Shown here: one piece after another, positions 47,616-50,038 of the stretch
How positions within the stretch are numbered: position 1 is the first letter of the stretch
Layout of the letters: every line of letters starts with the position of its first letter
Assembly (NCBI GenBank): GCA_002687175.1
Contig: NYZP01000023.1
Coordinates: forward strand, 1 to 50,038
Direction of reading: 5' to 3'
Origin: Parcubacteria group bacterium
GTDB lineage: Bacteria; Patescibacteriota; Patescibacteriia; Buchananbacterales; UBA6539
DNA length: 50,038 nucleotides
Notes under the pieces: generated by a model
Database searches by the model: none
What the model saw: only the letters and a program-made list of their open reading frames with translations
What the model was told of the DNA's origin: nothing
Program-made: the position numbers and the translations under genes

Positions 47616-48965
47616 TTATCCACGCCTTCTTCTGGCGCTTCTGCCAGAGCCTTCCCTTTCGACCGAAATTCTCTCCTTCAAGAGAACGGCACCTCGACTC
47701 GAAGGCTCGAATCTTAGACCTTCGTTGCAAGCCGCCTCAGCTTGGGCCCAATCACCTTTAGCAAAATAGCATTCGGCCAAGGCCAAGTAGCCGTTAGCTT
47801 TTTGTCGTTCCGTTTCCGAAACGTCGATGGCGACTAAAGCCATCTTTACTGCTCCGTCTAACTCCGCCCTGGAAACTGATCTCGAGGATTTCTGATCCAT
47901 TCTTGCAATATTCCAAGCATACAAGGACCAGAGCGGGTATTCACCGGAATCCGTTTTCACTTTGTCCGGCAAAAGACCATTGGCTTCCCACACCAGTAAC
48001 AACTGAGTGAGAATTTTTATGGATCTTGCGTATTCTTCTCCTCTTGCTTCGATATCGGCCTTGAGAAAAATCAGGTCCTCATCGGCAGGAAATTTTTCCA
48101 ACCCCCGATTAATAAGATTGTCGGCTTCAGAAATTTTTTCCGCGACAATTTCCTCACCTAAATCTGGCCAGTCACCGACTACACTTTTAGCTAACAAAGC
48201 GTAACCTTGACCACTGACACGCAGAGCAAGTGACTCTTGAACAAATTCTTTAGTCCGTTCAAATTCGCCATTCAGGTAATGCTCAGTCGCTGTATCAAGC
48301 AACTCTTGGTGGCGCTGTTTGCCAATACTAAATGGCCAATATCTTCCTTGACCGAAAGTGATGGCCAAAAAACTTATCTCACCGCTTTCAGCGGTATTGA
48401 GTGGTGCCCGAAGAGCAACCCAATACAACTTATCGGCTCTTTCAACATACCTGAAGGAACTTTCCAAGCTCCAGCCACGACCGGTATCAATAAAACTATC
48501 TTTTGCTCGAACACCATGCCCGGCGTCTCCGCCACCAATGACTACCGTGTTGGGAGTCAGGTTAGGTGGCTGAAACATGGTCAAAGAAAAATCATCGACC
48601 AAATAGTTACCAAACACATAGAAACCTTCAAGCTCTGAAAGTTTTAGCTCATGCTGTGGTAGACCGTTAATGTACCACTTTGGCGGACTACTGATACCGT
48701 CAAGCGAACGCATTAGGTCATTGTCTTGGAAGAGGCGTTCGTAGTCACCCAAGGTTACTGGTCTTGGCTGAGATGTCGACCTCTTCTCGTAAGATTGAAA
48801 CGAATACGTGTCAACTGAACGTAACTCCAACAATTGCCCATTGCTCATCTTGGCGTAAACGCCAAAAAATTCGGGCAATTGCTCATCATTTTCTTGTCCG
48901 GTTGAATAAGGCACAAAACCCAAAACAAGCACTGAAACAACTAAAAAGCTAATTATGTGCTTCAT
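47616..48965 (-). CDS. secreted protein with TPR-like C-terminal region; G+C-rich
   Basis: 449 aa with a signal peptide. One 60-nt line hand-counted at 55% G+C. Confidence 0.6.
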   Translation of the reverse strand: MKHIISFLVVSVLVLGFVPYSTGQENDEQLPEFFGVYAKMSNGQLLELRSVDTYSFQSYEKRSTSQPRPVTLGDYERLFQDNDLMRSLDGISSPPKWYINGLPQHELKLSELEGFYVFGNYLVDDFSLTMFQPPNLTPNTVVIGGGDAGHGVRAKDSFIDTGRGWSLESSFRYVERADKLYWVALRAPLNTAESGEISFLAITFGQGRYWPFSIGKQRHQELLDTATEHYLNGEFERTKEFVQESLALRVSGQGYALLAKSVVGDWPDLGEEIVAEKISEADNLINRGLEKFPADEDLIFLKADIEARGEEYARSIKILTQLLLVWEANGLLPDKVKTDSGEYPLWSLYAWNIARMDQKSSRSVSRAELDGAVKMALVAIDVSETERQKANGYLALAECYFAKGDWAQAEAACNEGLRFEPSSRGAVLLKERISVEREGSGRSARRRRG

Positions 48966-49177
48966 TAATCTAACTCCTTTTTTGTAATGAACTACGCCAA
49001 AGAACTACTATATATTATAAAAAATGCTACTTTTATTGTAAAGTTTACAATTTATCTAAAACTTGGATTGATCCAATAAAAATTTTACCCTAAATAAAAT
49101 TTTTGAAACAAGTCACAATATTAGCCCAGGCCTTGAGGCCTGGGCTAATATTTAATCTTTTAGTTTTGTTAACAAAA

Positions 49178-49345
49178 TTAAGCTGAACAACTACACTTAA
49201 CTTGGGCTTCACCGCAACCGGAACATTTTGGCATACAGTGATCACCGCCACATTGGTGATCAGCAACATGATGATCTGACTCAGAATCACACATGTCGCA
49301 TTTAAAACCTTGGGTCTCCCCTTGGCATGTTGTACATGAATCCAT
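49178..49345 (-). CDS. Cys/His-rich small protein (55 aa), not in the ORF track
   Basis: Hand translation MDSCTTCQGETQGFKCDMCDSESDHHVADHQCGGDHCMPKCSGCGEAQVKCSCSA. It is followed by the hairpin at about 49118-49150. Confidence 0.45.
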   Translation of the reverse strand: MDSCTTCQGETQGFKCDMCDSESDHHVADHQCGGDHCMPKCSGCGEAQVKCSCSA

Positions 49346-49360
49346 AGATTTGAATTATTA

Positions 49361-49582
49361 CTAATTTTTTAAATATTTAAACCTTGGGACAATTATACCA
49401 TCAACTTCCACGCTTTCCAAAAACATTTTTTTTGGTCTAACCCATAGCTTATCTACTGGATTATCATATAAAGCTTCATAGACCACCAACTCTTCTAATG
49501 TCTCACTATGTTTGGCAACACCAATTACTTTATATTCTTTTCCTTTGTAATGTTTATATTTACCTAATTTTACTTCGGGCAT
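49361..49582 (-). CDS. DUF1653-family protein
   Basis: YKHYKGKEYKVIGVAKHSETLEELVVYEALY...WVRPKKMF. Confidence 0.7.
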   Translation of the reverse strand: MPEVKLGKYKHYKGKEYKVIGVAKHSETLEELVVYEALYDNPVDKLWVRPKKMFLESVEVDGIIVPRFKYLKN

Positions 49583-49585
49583 ACA

Positions 49586-50038
49586 TTACTTTTTAACTTT
49601 ATAGATATCACCATGCCCTGGTACCACATAATCAGCCAACTCTAAAACTTTTTTTCTACTTTCAGCTAACATTTCTTTGTCACTGGCAAACGGATCATCT
49701 TTAGGTGAATCTTCTTTCCAAAAAACATCACCACAAATGGCGACTAGGCCCTGGCTAGTTTTTACCAGTAAGGTTGTGCTGTCATAACTATGACCCGGAG
49801 TTTTTATTAGTTCAATGTTATCGGTCACGCCACCTTGGTAGTCATGATAAACATCTTCCTCCCACCAACCCCAGTAGTCCAAAGTCTTGGCTTTGGGAAA
49901 CATTCCAATATTACGATAATGATCCATGTGTGAGTGCGTAATATAAACTATATTAATATCATCAACCGTTAAGCCTTCTTCTTTTAATTTATCAACTAGA
50001 ATCTGCGGATCAGCCAATGTCCCCGGGTCAACAATAAT
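49586..50038 (-). CDS. MBL-fold metallo-hydrolase, 5'-partial (runs off the window)
   Basis: THSHMDH motif. The frame stays open to 50038 (IIVDPGTLADPQ...). Confidence 0.8.
   Translation of the reverse strand: MIVDPGTLADPQILVDKLKEEGLTVDDINIVYITHSHMDHYRNIGMFPKAKTLDYWGWWEEDVYHDYQGGVTDNIELIKTPGHSYDSTTLLVKTSQGLVAICGDVFWKEDSPKDDPFASDKEMLAESRKKVLELADYVVPGHGDIYKVKK

Noticed and set aside
49090-49290. Track ORF of 66 aa.
   Set aside because: It would read through the terminator-like hairpin at about 49118-49150. The alternative frame encodes a Cys/His-patterned peptide that ends before the hairpin.

Overview
This is a low-G+C bacterial chromosomal window; hand counts of typical 60-nt lines give about 30% G+C. 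Genes are compact and mostly small. Several traits point to a Patescibacteria/CPR-type genome, which is an inference. These traits are a lamin-tail-domain surface protein, pilin-like and DUF5654-like small membrane proteins, a GIY-YIG gene followed by a multi-hairpin palindrome, a CBS-less IMPDH, and a 23S-5S operon with no adjacent 16S and large helix expansions.

Main blocks:
1. 194-8552: an EndoQ-like gene and a tight minus-strand glmS operon. The operon embeds a citryl-CoA synthetase/lyase-like trio between two GlmU-like halves.
2. 10260-11675: a G+C-richer two-gene island (P-loop kinase plus HAD).
3. 11785-17290: gap, two promoter/terminator-bounded G+C-rich structured RNAs of unknown family, 5S rRNA and a 3.4-kb 23S rRNA.
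4. 17.7-25.9 kb: housekeeping genes, including tRNA-Leu(UAG), ldh and divergent guaA/guaB.
5. 25.97-33.2 kb: an integrated element. It carries a large serine recombinase, a run of tiny membrane or hypothetical genes, an ORF-free, promoter-rich structured-RNA region of about 1 kb, and three direct repeats of about 57 nt that delimit cassette-like modules.
6. 35.5-36.9 kb: tRNA-Gly and tRNA-Leu(UAA), each preceded by 5'-half pseudo-copies. In these copies the D-loop GGTA is replaced by G+C hairpins. The two arrays bracket a SPOUT methyltransferase gene.
7. 37-50 kb: ruvB, envelope genes, a pilin-like gene, a large secreted protein, a second G+C-rich foreign-looking gene, and an MBL hydrolase that runs off the window.

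All product calls come from motif recognition by eye. No searches, folding programs or statistics were run.
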